From positions 1 to 64,000 of the forward strand of contig CAMTVK010000019.1 of assembly GCA_947085185.1 (NCBI GenBank): DNA of 64,000 bases, in the 5' to 3' direction. The translations under genes and the position numbers were made by a program. Source of the stretch: Candidatus Fraserbacteria bacterium (lineage in GTDB: Bacteria; Bipolaricaulota; Bipolaricaulia; RBG-16-55-9; DRXL01). The notes beneath the pieces are model-generated. The model saw nothing but the letters and a program-made list of their open reading frames with translations, did not search any database and was not told the origin of the DNA. Shown piece by piece: positions 27,330-37,856 of the stretch; positions within the stretch are counted from its first letter, which is position 1; each line of letters begins with the position of its first letter.

Positions 27330-28625
27330 CTATCTATGAGCAAGGTGTTGGCATTGCGGAAGATCAGGGTTCTGAGGTTGCTGTAAGTTTAACTGATATT
27401 CGCCCGATCCTTTCTCCCCACGGGTTACTACCACGTGCAGGAGCGTGTACGCCGCGGGCTGGCTGAGAACGCACTCCTCGGTGAGCGGGAAGACCTCATA
27501 GCTTCCCGAAAGTCTTTGAGCCACAATATGCACGCGAAACTCCGTGTCGGGACTGCCGCGGAAGCGCAGCGCCAGCGATTTTTCAGACTTGGGCGTGATG
27601 CGCAAGAAGTGTATTCCATAAGGGTGGCGCACCACTAAGGGTGCTCCAGCATTGATGATCTCCTCTGGAGCTGGGCAAGTCTCTATTGTCCATTGCAAGC
27701 CACTTGTCTCTCCTTCTAAAGATCGTCTGGAGCAGATCTGGGGGTAGGGATTCCCCCAATTGCTCTGCTCTATGGTGAGGGCCTTTTGGCCTGTCCACTC
27801 CCCGATGAAGACCGGCACGGGCACGTAGGAGGTCTCCTCTTCCGCGCGCGGGTAGAGCCACTGGGCGTCTCGAAGATCTCGTGCGGCCAAGGCCACTGCG
27901 AACTCCGTCCAGAGTTCCAAGAAGGGCTTGCCGACCAGCTTACCCAGTTCCCGACGCCAAGCCGGCCATCCCTCGGTCTTGATAGCTTCAAAGAGACGCC
28001 GGATGAGTTCTGCACCGCCATAGCGATCAGCAACGTAGCGCCAGAAGAGCCAGCCTCCGTAGGCGGAGAAAGTATACTTCTTCAGGTCAACATCAGTGGC
28101 CCCTAGGAGTAAATGGCGAGCGCCTACTGTGCAATCTGGCCCAGCACGAGAGAAGATCTCATAGGAAGCCCAAACAGCCGTGCCCTCAATGAGAAAGCCA
28201 TCCCTCGCTCTGAGGACCCCATACCCCAAGTCTTGGATGGTATGAAAGAACTCGTGGGCCCCGGTAACCTGCCAGCAAAGATACTCATTATGTGCAAGCA
28301 AGGGAATAGGACCAAACCATCCCCACCTGTGTTGTCCTCCGCGGAATTTATGCTTGACCACGAAGTGTTGATAAGCCCACTCCTTACCCCAAGCAAGGGC
28401 TATTACCATTGGTCTAGCCGCCGGATCTTTATACGCGATCGTAAAGTGTGGGGTCCGAAATAACAGGCTGCCCTCCGACGATACTTCGGACCCCCGAGGT
28501 CGCTCAGCAGCAGGGGCTGCGGATAATACCAAGGTGAGGAGCGCTACCGTTAGCGCATAAGCCACCCCTTTATGTAGCCCTCTTGAACGAGATGGGTGCA
28601 AGCTTGTATCTTTTAACGGAAACAT
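27330..28625 (-). CDS. Secreted zincin-like metallopeptidase
   Basis: Hydrophobic N-terminal signal, HEFFHTIQ (HEXXH), downstream LIEGTAVW Glu. Confidence 0.7.
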   Translation of the reverse strand: MFPLKDTSLHPSRSRGLHKGVAYALTVALLTLVLSAAPAAERPRGSEVSSEGSLLFRTPHFTIAYKDPAARPMVIALAWGKEWAYQHFVVKHKFRGGQHRWGWFGPIPLLAHNEYLCWQVTGAHEFFHTIQDLGYGVLRARDGFLIEGTAVWASYEIFSRAGPDCTVGARHLLLGATDVDLKKYTFSAYGGWLFWRYVADRYGGAELIRRLFEAIKTEGWPAWRRELGKLVGKPFLELWTEFAVALAARDLRDAQWLYPRAEEETSYVPVPVFIGEWTGQKALTIEQSNWGNPYPQICSRRSLEGETSGLQWTIETCPAPEEIINAGAPLVVRHPYGIHFLRITPKSEKSLALRFRGSPDTEFRVHIVAQRLSGSYEVFPLTEECVLSQPAAYTLLHVVVTRGEKGSGEYQLNLQQPQNPDLPQCQHLAHR

Positions 28626-29794
28626 GGAATCTGTCTATACCCACAGACTAAAAACCCGAAAATTGGAACGGTCTCGCATTCCCATCTCACACACACGCAG
28701 CCAAGGGGGAGATTGAAGCAGTAGAATTCGGGCGGGAAGGGAATTTCGCCACCGCATGAAGCAGGGGAGCCGTCATCGCTGCTAAAGGTAAAGCAGACCT
28801 GCTGTGCCAGTGGAACTAGCCGAGTTCGCGGCTGGCTTGACGTTCCCATTTGGCTTCCGCAACTCGAGCGCATTGGCCCTTGCTTCACCGATCCCACGAT
28901 AACTTCCCCGGACTCCGACCAGCTCCGGGCTTCAAGAATGACGACTTGGTTGCCTGTCCGTGTGCTAATGATCAACCAAACCTCTCGTCTGGTTTCATCA
29001 ATGCCTGCGCTGGCCCAGCCTTTGGTAATCCCACGCTGCTTCAGGAAGTCAGCGGCTTGTTGCAGGACACCACGAATCTGATCTGGATTCAAGGAGAGCA
29101 GAGAGCTTGTGGCCCCACTCGCTTGTCGATAGTCTCTGCGTCGCCCTTGAGAGGTCACCGCCGTAGCATTCGACCCCTGAGGAGTACGGAAATAGAGAAT
29201 CTCTCCTTGAGGATTGAAGGGGATCGAGATCACCACGTTCTGCGCTCCAGAAAATACCTTGGCCGCGTTGAGATTGGGCCTCAGCCCTTGTGATTCCAAC
29301 TGCTGTTGCAGTTGCTGAACTTGAGGATCGGCCAGCGCCTGCACGATAAGAGCCTCGGCGCTGTTCTGAGAAACTCTAGCGAGACACAAGCCGTTTGCAC
29401 TCTGAGTTGCCTGTGGGCCGGATGTTGGGAAGCTGACGAGCGTCTGCCGACCCGAGGAGCCAAGTAACGCCAACTTGCCCAGCTTACGTACCAGCTTTCC
29501 CTCACTATTCCGAACCGTCACGACATAGAGATAGACCCCGCTGGCTACACGACGCCCCTCATAGCTGAGCTTGTTCCACGAGAGGCTCGAACAATTCAGA
29601 GCACCGCTGTCGAAGAGTCGTTGTCCCGTCAACCCGAAGACCTCCACGCGCATCTCTTGCGCCCCTTGGGCGGTGAAGCGCACTTGATCCGGCTCGATAC
29701 TCAGTCTAACCGATAAACCTTCTCCTGCAAAACTGGGAACTCCGAAGACCAGCGCTAAGCCACCGAGCACGCTGAGCAGAACGAGCTTCTTCAT
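28613..29794 (-). CDS. Secreted protein: FlgD/T9SS-CTD-like domain, central domain, Cys-rich C-terminus
   Basis: Signal peptide; VEVFGLTG.RL..LSW....GRRVASGVYLYVVTV; 9 Cys in the last ~82 aa; AAGGAGG SD. Confidence 0.75.
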   Translation of the reverse strand: MKKLVLLSVLGGLALVFGVPSFAGEGLSVRLSIEPDQVRFTAQGAQEMRVEVFGLTGQRLFDSGALNCSSLSWNKLSYEGRRVASGVYLYVVTVRNSEGKLVRKLGKLALLGSSGRQTLVSFPTSGPQATQSANGLCLARVSQNSAEALIVQALADPQVQQLQQQLESQGLRPNLNAAKVFSGAQNVVISIPFNPQGEILYFRTPQGSNATAVTSQGRRRDYRQASGATSSLLSLNPDQIRGVLQQAADFLKQRGITKGWASAGIDETRREVWLIISTRTGNQVVILEARSWSESGEVIVGSVKQGPMRSSCGSQMGTSSQPRTRLVPLAQQVCFTFSSDDGSPASCGGEIPFPPEFYCFNLPLGCVCVRWECETVPIFGFLVCGYRQIPCFR

Positions 29795-29908
29795 GAGAAA
29801 TGCCTCCTTCTTAAATTTGTGATCTTGGGCCGTTCAACCGCCATACTGCTTTGGTTTTTGCGCCTCACCTCCTTGGACATCGTCTTCAGTGTTTTCACCC
29901 TTAAAGTA

Positions 29909-29936
29909 ATTATACCCCCCACTATTTATTTGTCAA
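29909..29936 (-). promoter_or_regulatory. sigma70 promoter of the secreted gene pair
   Basis: TTGACA-N16-TATAAT on the minus strand. Confidence 0.65.
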
Positions 29937-29943
29937 GAGTAAC

Positions 29944-30130
29944 CGGTCCCTGCGCCAAGAGATCGTTACCAGGGGGAGGTGTGGCAATGGCTCAAGAAAG
30001 CGGGCATCCTCTCACGGGCACGACTTTGGCAGAGTGCCCAAGGAGTTTGCGGTGCTGCCGCCCATTGTGTTAGATAGGATCTCGACCGATTGGGTCCTGG
30101 GCCCTGGTAACCATCTCTTGACCCATTACA
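29944..30130 (+). mobile_element. 187-bp MITE-like IS481 derivative
   Basis: Imperfect terminal IRs (CAAGAGATCGTTACC / GGTAACCATCTCTTG); encodes transposase C-terminus [32 protein letters not shown]. Confidence 0.75.
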
Positions 30131-30181
30131 ACTTGTCAAGATGATTATCCTTGGCTTATAATGCTCTGCAAGGAGGATTCT

Positions 30182-31837
30182 ATGGCCGTTGCAACAGAGA
30201 TTCGCGCCCCACGCGGAACTCAGCTCACGTGCAAAAGCTGGCTCACCGAAGCCCCCATGAGAATGTTGATGAATAACTTAGACCCCGAAGTCGCCGGAGA
30301 CCCAGCGAACTTAATCGTCTATGGCGGCACGGGCAAGGCCGCCCGATCTTGGCAAGACTTTTGGGCCATTGTCAATACCCTGAAAGAATTAGAGCTCGAC
30401 GAGACGCTCTTGGTGCAGTCTGGCAAGCCCGTCGCAGTCTTCAAGACCCACCCCGATGCCCCCCGCGTGCTTATTGCAAATTCACTCTTAGTCCCCCATT
30501 GGGCGACGTGGGAGAAGTTCAGAGAATTAGAGCGCAAGGGCTTGATTATGTACGGCCAGATGACCGCGGGCAGTTGGATCTATATTGGCACCCAAGGGAT
30601 TCTGCAGGGTACCTATGAGACGTTGGCTTCGGTAGCGAAGAAGCACTTTGGCGGCTCTCTCAGAGGGAAATTTGTGCTGTCTGCAGGCCTGGGAGAGATG
30701 GGTGGCGCCCAGCCCCTCGCGATCACCATGAACGAGGGCGTCGGACTGATCGTCGAGATCAATTCCGAGAAGATCAAACGACGCTTGAAGACAAACTATC
30801 TCGACACGTGGACGCATGATCTTGATGAAGCCCTCGATCTTGTGAGAGAGCACACGAGATCGGGGAGAGCAATCTCTCTTGGGCTTCTGGGCAATGCTGC
30901 CGACGTCTACCCTGAACTTGTCCGAAGGGGGATCATCCCCGACGTGGTCACCGACCAGACGGCAGCTCACGATGAGCTCAACGGCTACGTCCCCGGCGGC
31001 ATGAGCTATGACGAAGCGCTGCAGCTGCGCCGCGAGAACCCACAGAGATATAGTGAGCTCTCGTTCGCATCGATGGTGCGGCACGTGCAAGCGATGATCG
31101 AGATGCAGAAAGCTGGCGCGGTTGTCTTCGATTATGGGAATAATTTACGGGGGCAGGCCCAGCGGGGCGGACACCCAAACCCCTTTCAGTTTCCAGGCTT
31201 TGTCCCGGCGTATATTCGACCGTTGTTCTGTGAGGGGAAAGGCCCGTTCCGCTGGGCAGCCCTCTCCGGCGACCCACAAGATATCTATAGGACAGATCAA
31301 GCAATCCTTGAGCTCTTCCCCCATGACGAAGCCCTCTGCCGCTGGATCACGATGGCGCAAAAGCGCGTGAAGTTTCAGGGGTTGCCCGCGCGCATCTGTT
31401 GGCTGGGCTATGGCGACCGTGCCAAAGCCGGGCTCTACTTTAATGAACTGGTGCGCACGGGCGAGCTCAAAGCCCCCATTGTCATCGGGCGCGATCACTT
31501 GGATGCGGGCTCAGTCGCTTCGCCGTACAGGGAGACCGAAGGGATGAAGGACGGCTCGGATGCTATCGCGGACTGGCCCATTCTCAATGCGCTCTTGAAT
31601 GCGGTCTGCGGGGCGACGTGGGTCTCGGTCCATCATGGTGGCGGTGTTGGCATTGGGAAGTCCATTCACGCAGGGATGGTGATCGTCTGCGACGGCACCA
31701 AAGAAGCCGATAGGCGCTTAGAGCGCGTCTTGACGGCCGATCCGGGCCTAGGAGTAGTGCGCCACGCCGATGCCGGCTACGAAGAGGCGATCAGGGTCGT
31801 TCGGGAGAAGGGCATCAGGATGCCGAGATTATTATAG
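30182..31837 (+). CDS. hutU: Urocanate hydratase
   Basis: [38 protein letters not shown]. Confidence 0.97.
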   Translation: MAVATEIRAPRGTQLTCKSWLTEAPMRMLMNNLDPEVAGDPANLIVYGGTGKAARSWQDFWAIVNTLKELELDETLLVQSGKPVAVFKTHPDAPRVLIANSLLVPHWATWEKFRELERKGLIMYGQMTAGSWIYIGTQGILQGTYETLASVAKKHFGGSLRGKFVLSAGLGEMGGAQPLAITMNEGVGLIVEINSEKIKRRLKTNYLDTWTHDLDEALDLVREHTRSGRAISLGLLGNAADVYPELVRRGIIPDVVTDQTAAHDELNGYVPGGMSYDEALQLRRENPQRYSELSFASMVRHVQAMIEMQKAGAVVFDYGNNLRGQAQRGGHPNPFQFPGFVPAYIRPLFCEGKGPFRWAALSGDPQDIYRTDQAILELFPHDEALCRWITMAQKRVKFQGLPARICWLGYGDRAKAGLYFNELVRTGELKAPIVIGRDHLDAGSVASPYRETEGMKDGSDAIADWPILNALLNAVCGATWVSVHHGGGVGIGKSIHAGMVIVCDGTKEADRRLERVLTADPGLGVVRHADAGYEEAIRVVREKGIRMPRLL

Positions 31838-31850
31838 GAGGGCTGCAACT

Positions 31851-32111
31851 ATGAGCAAAACGCGCGGCGGCTTTCTGAGACCTTGGCAGGTCTCACAGTA
31901 TCTGGGCATCTCTATAGAGCAAGTCTATGAGATGATAGAGTCTGGAGAACTGCCCGCAGAGAAGATCGAGGGGCGCTGGCGCATCAATCTCGAGAAGCTC
32001 GAGCGCTGGCTCGATGAGGATGTCCCCCCACAAGAGATAGAGAAACTTGCCAAGCGCCTCAACGTCAGCGAAGAAAAAGTCCAAGAGTTCTTCAAGAAAG
32101 TTGGGCGCTGA
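31851..32111 (+). CDS. Excisionase-like HTH DNA-binding protein
   Basis: VSQYLGIS..VYEMIESGELPA.KI.GRWRI. Confidence 0.85.
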   Translation: MSKTRGGFLRPWQVSQYLGISIEQVYEMIESGELPAEKIEGRWRINLEKLERWLDEDVPPQEIEKLAKRLNVSEEKVQEFFKKVGR

Positions 32112-33206
32112 TCACACTTCAATGAGCTTCTTCTTGGGCGCACCCGTCAGCACACGACAGCCCTGCTCTTCGACAACTGCGACGTCTTCGATGCGCACCC
32201 CGCCCCATCCCGGCAGATAGATCCCAGGCTCGATCGTGACCACGTTGCCTGCCTGCAGCCTGTCTTTCCCCAAGGGCGACAGACGCGGGCTCTCATGCAC
32301 ATCGAGTCCCAAGCCGTGTCCGGTGCCATGCCCAAAATTCTTTTTGTACCCAGCCTGGGCAATCGTTTCCCGGGCGGGAGCGTCGGCTTGCTTGCTGGTC
32401 AGCCCCGCCCGTAAGTTTCTTATGGCGCGCTCTTGAGCCTCGAGCACGATCTTATAAATCTTCTTCTGCGCTGCACTAGCGCGGCCGACTACGACCGTGC
32501 GTGTGAGATCTGCGCAGTAGTGGTCTACTTTCGCCCCCATGTCGAAGAGCACAAAATCGCCCTTCTGGACCTCTCGATCTTGGGGTTCATAATGGGGCAT
32601 AGCTGTCGTTATCCCCGTGGCGACGATGCTCTCGAACGCCAAGCCGTCGCCCCCGTGGGTGCGAATATATTGTTCGATCTCCCAAGCGAGCTCGCGCTCG
32701 GTTACCCCGGGCTTGACTCTGCCCAAGATGAACTCAAAAGCTTTATCAGTCAAACGAATAGCGCGCGCCATCGCTGCGATCTCGGAGTCATCTTTCACGG
32801 TGCGCAACGTCTCGACGAACCCTACGACGGGCACGAGCTTCGCTCTTTTGAGCCTATCGCGCACCTGATGGAAGAGCCAGGTGCTGGTCGTCGGCGCGTT
32901 GATCCCAACGTTTTTGAGCTTGAGCTTTCTGATCTGTTGAGCGACGACGGTCGTCGCTCGACCCTTGAGTTCAGATATCTCGTAGCCGGAGACGATCTCC
33001 CTCGCACGGGTGATGTAGCGAGAGTCAGTCAAGAAGATCTGACGGTCTTTGGTGACGATGAGGACACCAAACGACCCGCCAAAGCCCGTCAAATAATAGA
33101 GATTGGAACGATCGGAGCCCTCAATATTAATAAGACAGAACGCCTCAAGTCTTTTCCGTCGTAACTGATCACGAAGCCGCTCGAGACGAACTGCATAGGC
33201 GTTCAT
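32112..33206 (-). CDS. Xaa-Pro aminopeptidase (M24B)
   Basis: TDSRY, DLTRT, HGTGHGLGL.VHE, TIEPGIY, GVRIED. Confidence 0.95.
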   Translation of the reverse strand: MNAYAVRLERLRDQLRRKRLEAFCLINIEGSDRSNLYYLTGFGGSFGVLIVTKDRQIFLTDSRYITRAREIVSGYEISELKGRATTVVAQQIRKLKLKNVGINAPTTSTWLFHQVRDRLKRAKLVPVVGFVETLRTVKDDSEIAAMARAIRLTDKAFEFILGRVKPGVTERELAWEIEQYIRTHGGDGLAFESIVATGITTAMPHYEPQDREVQKGDFVLFDMGAKVDHYCADLTRTVVVGRASAAQKKIYKIVLEAQERAIRNLRAGLTSKQADAPARETIAQAGYKKNFGHGTGHGLGLDVHESPRLSPLGKDRLQAGNVVTIEPGIYLPGWGGVRIEDVAVVEEQGCRVLTGAPKKKLIEV

Positions 33207-33417
33207 AGTGCAGCTGATTATATACGAAAACCTGGGCCGAGGCGAACAAGCAGGTCATGCCAGGACACCCGTCCCACGCCATCAAGACAAATCGCCAGAG
33301 AGGTCTCGACAGCAGTCCTTCAGAAGCGGCTTCCTATCGCGTATAACAAAAACACTCAGCCGGAGCCTACGCCCTCTCTCCTCACCAAGGGCGAGGCCGG
33401 CACGGGGGAGGTGCGCC

Positions 33418-34572
33418 GTGGGCACGCCAAAGTTGGTCGTTGCCGTACTCGTGCTGGTTACGCTGGGTATCGTCATGGTCGCCAGCGCCAGCCTGCCCAT
33501 CGCTGCCATCCGATACGAACAGCCCTCGTATCTGCTCATAAAACATCTCATCGCGCTCGCCGTGGGACTCTGCGTCTTCTGGATCTGTTGGCGTTTAGAC
33601 TATCGAGTCTTCTTGAAGATAGATCATATTGTGCTGCTGGCAGCGCTGGGGTTGACCGCTCTGACGCTCGTTCCTGGGCTGTCCACGCGAGGGAGCTGGC
33701 TGCGCCTGCCTGGCCCATTCCAGCTCCAACCCACAGAATTCTTAAAGCTTGCTCTTGTTATCTCGTGTGCAGCCTTCTGCGTGCGCAAAGAAGATCGCCT
33801 CCACGAGTTCTCCGAAGGCGTCTTGCCTCCCCTCATAGTGACGACCCTCGCGGCCATGATGGCCCTCAAGCAGTCCGATTTCGCTATGGCGCTCATCTTC
33901 TTCCTCATTGTCTTCTGCATGCTCTTTCTCGGGGGTGCTCGGCTGGCGCATCTGGTCGGGATCGTGCTGGCGACCGTGCCCGCCCTGGCTGCCCTTGTTT
34001 GGCTCGCCCCCTATCGCTTCGGACGAGTGCTCGCTTTTCTCGATCCGTTCAAATATAGCACAACTGAGGGCTACCAGTTGGTGCAGTCACTGACAGCGAT
34101 CGGATCTGGGGGCCTGATGGGGCGCGGCTTGGGGGAAAGCCGCGGGAAATTGCTCTTCCTGCCAGAGCCGCACAACGATTTTATCTTCTCCATTATTGGG
34201 GAGGAGCTCGGGCTGATCGGCGGTTTCATCGTGCTCGGGCTGTTCGCGTATCTGACATGGGGGGGATATCTCATTGCGTCGCGGGCAGCGGACCGGTTCG
34301 GAAGATTGCTCGCAGGAGGGATCACTGTTACTCTTGCGGCGCAAGCGTGTATCAACCTCGGGGTCACCACGGGGATCTTGCCCGTCACCGGCCTGACCCT
34401 GCCGTTCATCAGCTACGGCGGCTCATCGTTGATCGTCTCACTGGCTATGGTTGGGATTCTTGGCAACATCTCACGAAAGGGCTCGCATGTTGAGAGTCGT
34501 CGTCTGTGGGGGCGGGACGGGGGGACATCTCTATCCCGCCCTCGCGATTTTGGAAGGGTTGCGGCACGCTGA
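33418..34572 (+). CDS. ftsW: SEDS peptidoglycan polymerase FtsW
   Basis: QPTEFLK, GYQ..QSL.AIGSGG, PEPHNDFIF, TGLTLPFISYGGSS; GTG start after GGAGG. Confidence 0.93.
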   Translation: MGTPKLVVAVLVLVTLGIVMVASASLPIAAIRYEQPSYLLIKHLIALAVGLCVFWICWRLDYRVFLKIDHIVLLAALGLTALTLVPGLSTRGSWLRLPGPFQLQPTEFLKLALVISCAAFCVRKEDRLHEFSEGVLPPLIVTTLAAMMALKQSDFAMALIFFLIVFCMLFLGGARLAHLVGIVLATVPALAALVWLAPYRFGRVLAFLDPFKYSTTEGYQLVQSLTAIGSGGLMGRGLGESRGKLLFLPEPHNDFIFSIIGEELGLIGGFIVLGLFAYLTWGGYLIASRAADRFGRLLAGGITVTLAAQACINLGVTTGILPVTGLTLPFISYGGSSLIVSLAMVGILGNISRKGSHVESRRLWGRDGGTSLSRPRDFGRVAAR

Positions 34573-35638
34573 GCCAAACGCGCGGCTTGTGTACGTGGGG
34601 AGCCGTTACGGACTCGAGGCCACCGTGATGCCGCGCTACAGATGGGTTGAGTTCTATAAGCTCCCCATCCGCGGGATCGCGCGGCCAGGGCAACGCCCCT
34701 GGTGGTTCTGCTGGGCGCTGCTCGCCCTCTTCCAGCTTCCCATCGCGCTCGCGCAAGCACTTCTGATCGTCCTTAGACAGAGACCCCATCTGATCATCGG
34801 CGTTGGGGGCTATGGGGCGTTTGCGCCTGTGCTCTGGGGAATTCTTCTGGGGATCCCGATCTTCTTGCACGAACAGAATTCTGTTCCGGGGATAGTGACG
34901 CGGCTCTTTGCCCCGTGGGCGAGCAAAGTCTTTCTCACTTACCCACAGACAGCCCGCTATCTGCGAGCGCGCCATGTCGTCGTGACCGGGCTTCCCATCC
35001 GCCCAGAGGTGCTGTCGGCCCGCCCCGACCCCCAGCGGTTCGGCCTGCACCAAGACATAAAAACTGTGCTCGTCTTCGGCGGCAGCCGGGGATCCCAGCT
35101 CTTAACCGAAACGGCCTGTGAGACAGCGCGCTCTCTAAGTACAGTCCAGTTTCTCATCGTCACGGGATCTTCTTCCCAATCTCCCTGCCCTCCAAGGGAG
35201 AGCCTTGGGGAGAGAGTAGTTCTTGTTCCATACATTCACGAGATGGGCACAGCGCTCTCCACCGCTGATCTTGTGATCTGTCGCGCGGGGGCAGGGACGC
35301 TTGCCGAGCTTGCTGCCTTGCGCAAGCCCGCTATTGTCGTCCCTTGGCCAGGCGCAGCCGCTTCGCACCAGATGGCCAATGCCAACTCTCTCGCCCATCT
35401 CGGCTTGTTCTCTGTAGTGCCAGAGTCCGAACTCACCCCTCAACGACTCGTTGAGGAGATCACAACAGCGCTGCAACGACACGCTGCACTCTCATCCCAT
35501 CGAGAGACTCAGCCTCCGGCAGCGCTCACCCATATCCTGCGCGAGGTGTTTTCCGATGCGACCAGAACATACGACACATCTGCACTTTATCGGAATCGGC
35601 GGCGACGGCATGAGTGGGTTGGCCAAAGTCTATTCTGA
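34487..35638 (+). CDS. murG: Lipid I GlcNAc transferase MurG
   Basis: GGGTGGHLYP, HEQN, GGSRGS, RAGAGT..E, HQ..NA. Confidence 0.95.
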   Translation: MLRVVVCGGGTGGHLYPALAILEGLRHAEPNARLVYVGSRYGLEATVMPRYRWVEFYKLPIRGIARPGQRPWWFCWALLALFQLPIALAQALLIVLRQRPHLIIGVGGYGAFAPVLWGILLGIPIFLHEQNSVPGIVTRLFAPWASKVFLTYPQTARYLRARHVVVTGLPIRPEVLSARPDPQRFGLHQDIKTVLVFGGSRGSQLLTETACETARSLSTVQFLIVTGSSSQSPCPPRESLGERVVLVPYIHEMGTALSTADLVICRAGAGTLAELAALRKPAIVVPWPGAAASHQMANANSLAHLGLFSVVPESELTPQRLVEEITTALQRHAALSSHRETQPPAALTHILREVFSDATRTYDTSALYRNRRRRHEWVGQSLF

Positions 35639-36965
35639 GCTGGGGTTCCGCATCACCGGGTGCAACCTCGAAGAGAACCAGCGCACCCGGCAGCTGCGCG
35701 CCCTGGGCGTGCCCGTGGCTATTGGGCACTCGTCGGACCATCTCCAGAGCGCTACGCACGTCATCGTCTCCTCGGCCATCCCTCCAGATACTAAAGAATT
35801 GCTCGAAGCCCAACGCTTGGGCCTGCCGATCCTCCATCGCCTCGAGCTGCTGCACGAGCTCACCACACAACGCTTCACCATTGGGGTTGCCGGCACCCAC
35901 GGCAAGACGACCACCGCCGCGATGATCGCCACGGTGCTCGAGCGCGCTTGGCTCGATCCCACGTTTGTCATCGGTGCGGCCTCTCCGACGTTGGGCACTC
36001 ATGCCCGCTTGGGCATGGGCCCCCATCTCGTCGCGGAAGTGTGCGAGAGCGATGGGCATTTTTTAAAGCTCCACCCGCAGATCGCCGTGATTACGAACAT
36101 CGGTCGAGATCATTTGAATTTCTATGGCAGCGCACAAGCGCTTTGGGCGAGTTTCACCCAATTTGCTCACCAGAGCGATCTGTGCATCGCGTGCGCCGAC
36201 GACCCCGGAGCCCGACGCGCCGTCATCGAGGGAGGGGCTCGTCTCTCCATGCCCCTCACCTACAGCATCGAGTGCCCTGCAGACTTGGTCGCCCATGATA
36301 TTGTGTTTCATCAATTTCACACGGCGTTTGAGATCTCATGGCGGGGACGCCATGTGGGGCACGTCGAGCTCTTGCACGCCCCTGGCATACATAACGTCTA
36401 TAATGCATTAGCAGCTCTGCTAGTAGGCCGTCAGCTTGGCCTCTCTTTTGCTGATATGGCCGCGCATCTGAGAGACTTCCAGCTCCCAGAAAGACGCTTC
36501 CAAGTGCTCATCAATAATGGGATCACCGTCGTGGATGACTACGCCCATCTTCCCGAACAGATCCAGCGCAACCTCCAAGCGATCCGCCAAAGCTGGCATC
36601 CCGCACGGATCGTCGCGCTCTTCCAGCCCCACCGCTTCACCCGCACGTATTATCTGGGTCGGGAGTTCAGCACGGCATTCGATCTCGCAGATACGGTCAT
36701 CCTGACAGATATCTACCCGGCATTCGAGCGCCCCATCCCCGGCGTGGACGTCGGACTCATTCTCGAGGCCCTGCGCCGTCGGCACCACGCTGTCGTGTAC
36801 GTGCCGCGCGGGAAGGATTTCGTGCACCGGCTCAAGGAGCTCTTACGCCCCGGCGATTTCGTCATCGGCTTTGGTGCCGGGGACTTAGGAGCGGAGCTGC
36901 ATCGGTTCGCTCGCGCTTGGAATCAGAAAGATCAGGAGGACTCTCATGAAGCTTCGGGAGAGTAA
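35556..36965 (+). CDS. murC: UDP-N-acetylmuramate-L-alanine ligase
   Basis: HFIGIGG.GMSGLA, GTHGKTTT, DDYAH, FQPHRFTRT. Confidence 0.95.
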   Translation: MRPEHTTHLHFIGIGGDGMSGLAKVYSELGFRITGCNLEENQRTRQLRALGVPVAIGHSSDHLQSATHVIVSSAIPPDTKELLEAQRLGLPILHRLELLHELTTQRFTIGVAGTHGKTTTAAMIATVLERAWLDPTFVIGAASPTLGTHARLGMGPHLVAEVCESDGHFLKLHPQIAVITNIGRDHLNFYGSAQALWASFTQFAHQSDLCIACADDPGARRAVIEGGARLSMPLTYSIECPADLVAHDIVFHQFHTAFEISWRGRHVGHVELLHAPGIHNVYNALAALLVGRQLGLSFADMAAHLRDFQLPERRFQVLINNGITVVDDYAHLPEQIQRNLQAIRQSWHPARIVALFQPHRFTRTYYLGREFSTAFDLADTVILTDIYPAFERPIPGVDVGLILEALRRRHHAVVYVPRGKDFVHRLKELLRPGDFVIGFGAGDLGAELHRFARAWNQKDQEDSHEASGE

Positions 36966-37851
36966 GCTCTGCGAAGAGCTTCAGAGCCGCCTCCAAGGGG
37001 TCGTCAAAACTCATGAACCCTTGGCACGACATACATCGTTGCGGATCGGCGGCCCGGCAGATTACTTTGTCATTCCCGCTTCGCTCGAAGATATCTTGGA
37101 GACGCTCGATTTTGCCGGTGAGCACGGCTTGCCGTGGATCGTCCTGGGGAATGGTACCAACGTGCTCTTCCCCGACGAGGGCTATCGAGGAGTTGTTCTG
37201 AAGTTGGGGCCAAGCCTAGGCCGCATCGAACTCCACGAAGACAGAGTGCGCGCCCAAGCGGGAGCCAGCTTGGCCGCCCTGATCTCCCGTGTTCGTTCTT
37301 TGGGGTTGCGCGATCTGGACTTTTTAGTGGGCATCCCTGGCAGCGTCGGTGGCGCTCTCGTCATGAATGCTGGCATCCCCGAGGGGGCTGTCTCCGACGT
37401 GGTCACCAGGGTGGGGGCATTGACTTTTGACAAAAAATTGATTACTCTTACTCCCGAGGAATGTCGCTTCGGCTACCGATCGAGCCGGTTTCAGGAGGAA
37501 CGGCTGATCGTGATCGAGGGAGAGTTTGCCTTGGGAAGAGGGAAATCCTGGGATGGTGAGGAGTTACTGAGACGACGCAAGGAGCGCCAGCCCTTGGGGG
37601 TGCCCAGCCCCGGCTGCGTCTTCCGTAACCCGGTGGGGGTGAAGGCCACCGCCGGGCAGCTCATCGAGCGCGCGGGGTTGAAGGGATACCGGGTAGGCGG
37701 CGCGAGTATTTCCGTAAAGCATGCGAACTTTATCGTCAATGAAGGGGGGGCGACCAGTCGAGATGTCCTCCAGCTAATTGACATCGCCCGGTCGGTTGTG
37801 CTTAAATATTGGGGGGTGGAGTTACAGCTGGAGCTCGCCGTCGTCGCCTGA
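36946..37851 (+). CDS. murB: UDP-N-acetylenolpyruvoylglucosamine reductase
   Basis: RIGGPA, GIPGSVGGA..MNAG, FGYRSS, HANFIVN. Confidence 0.96.
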   Translation: MKLRESKLCEELQSRLQGVVKTHEPLARHTSLRIGGPADYFVIPASLEDILETLDFAGEHGLPWIVLGNGTNVLFPDEGYRGVVLKLGPSLGRIELHEDRVRAQAGASLAALISRVRSLGLRDLDFLVGIPGSVGGALVMNAGIPEGAVSDVVTRVGALTFDKKLITLTPEECRFGYRSSRFQEERLIVIEGEFALGRGKSWDGEELLRRRKERQPLGVPSPGCVFRNPVGVKATAGQLIERAGLKGYRVGGASISVKHANFIVNEGGATSRDVLQLIDIARSVVLKYWGVELQLELAVVA

Positions 37852-37856
37852 ACGAT

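Noticed and set aside
26946..30130. Active composite transposon
   Set aside because: Both flanking elements lack the catalytic core and no target-site duplication was found
31851..32111. Prophage or ICE excisionase
   Set aside because: No integrase or att sites; flanked by housekeeping genes
33208..33417. N-terminal extension of FtsW
   Set aside because: No FtsW-like sequence; an SD plus GTG sits at 33418
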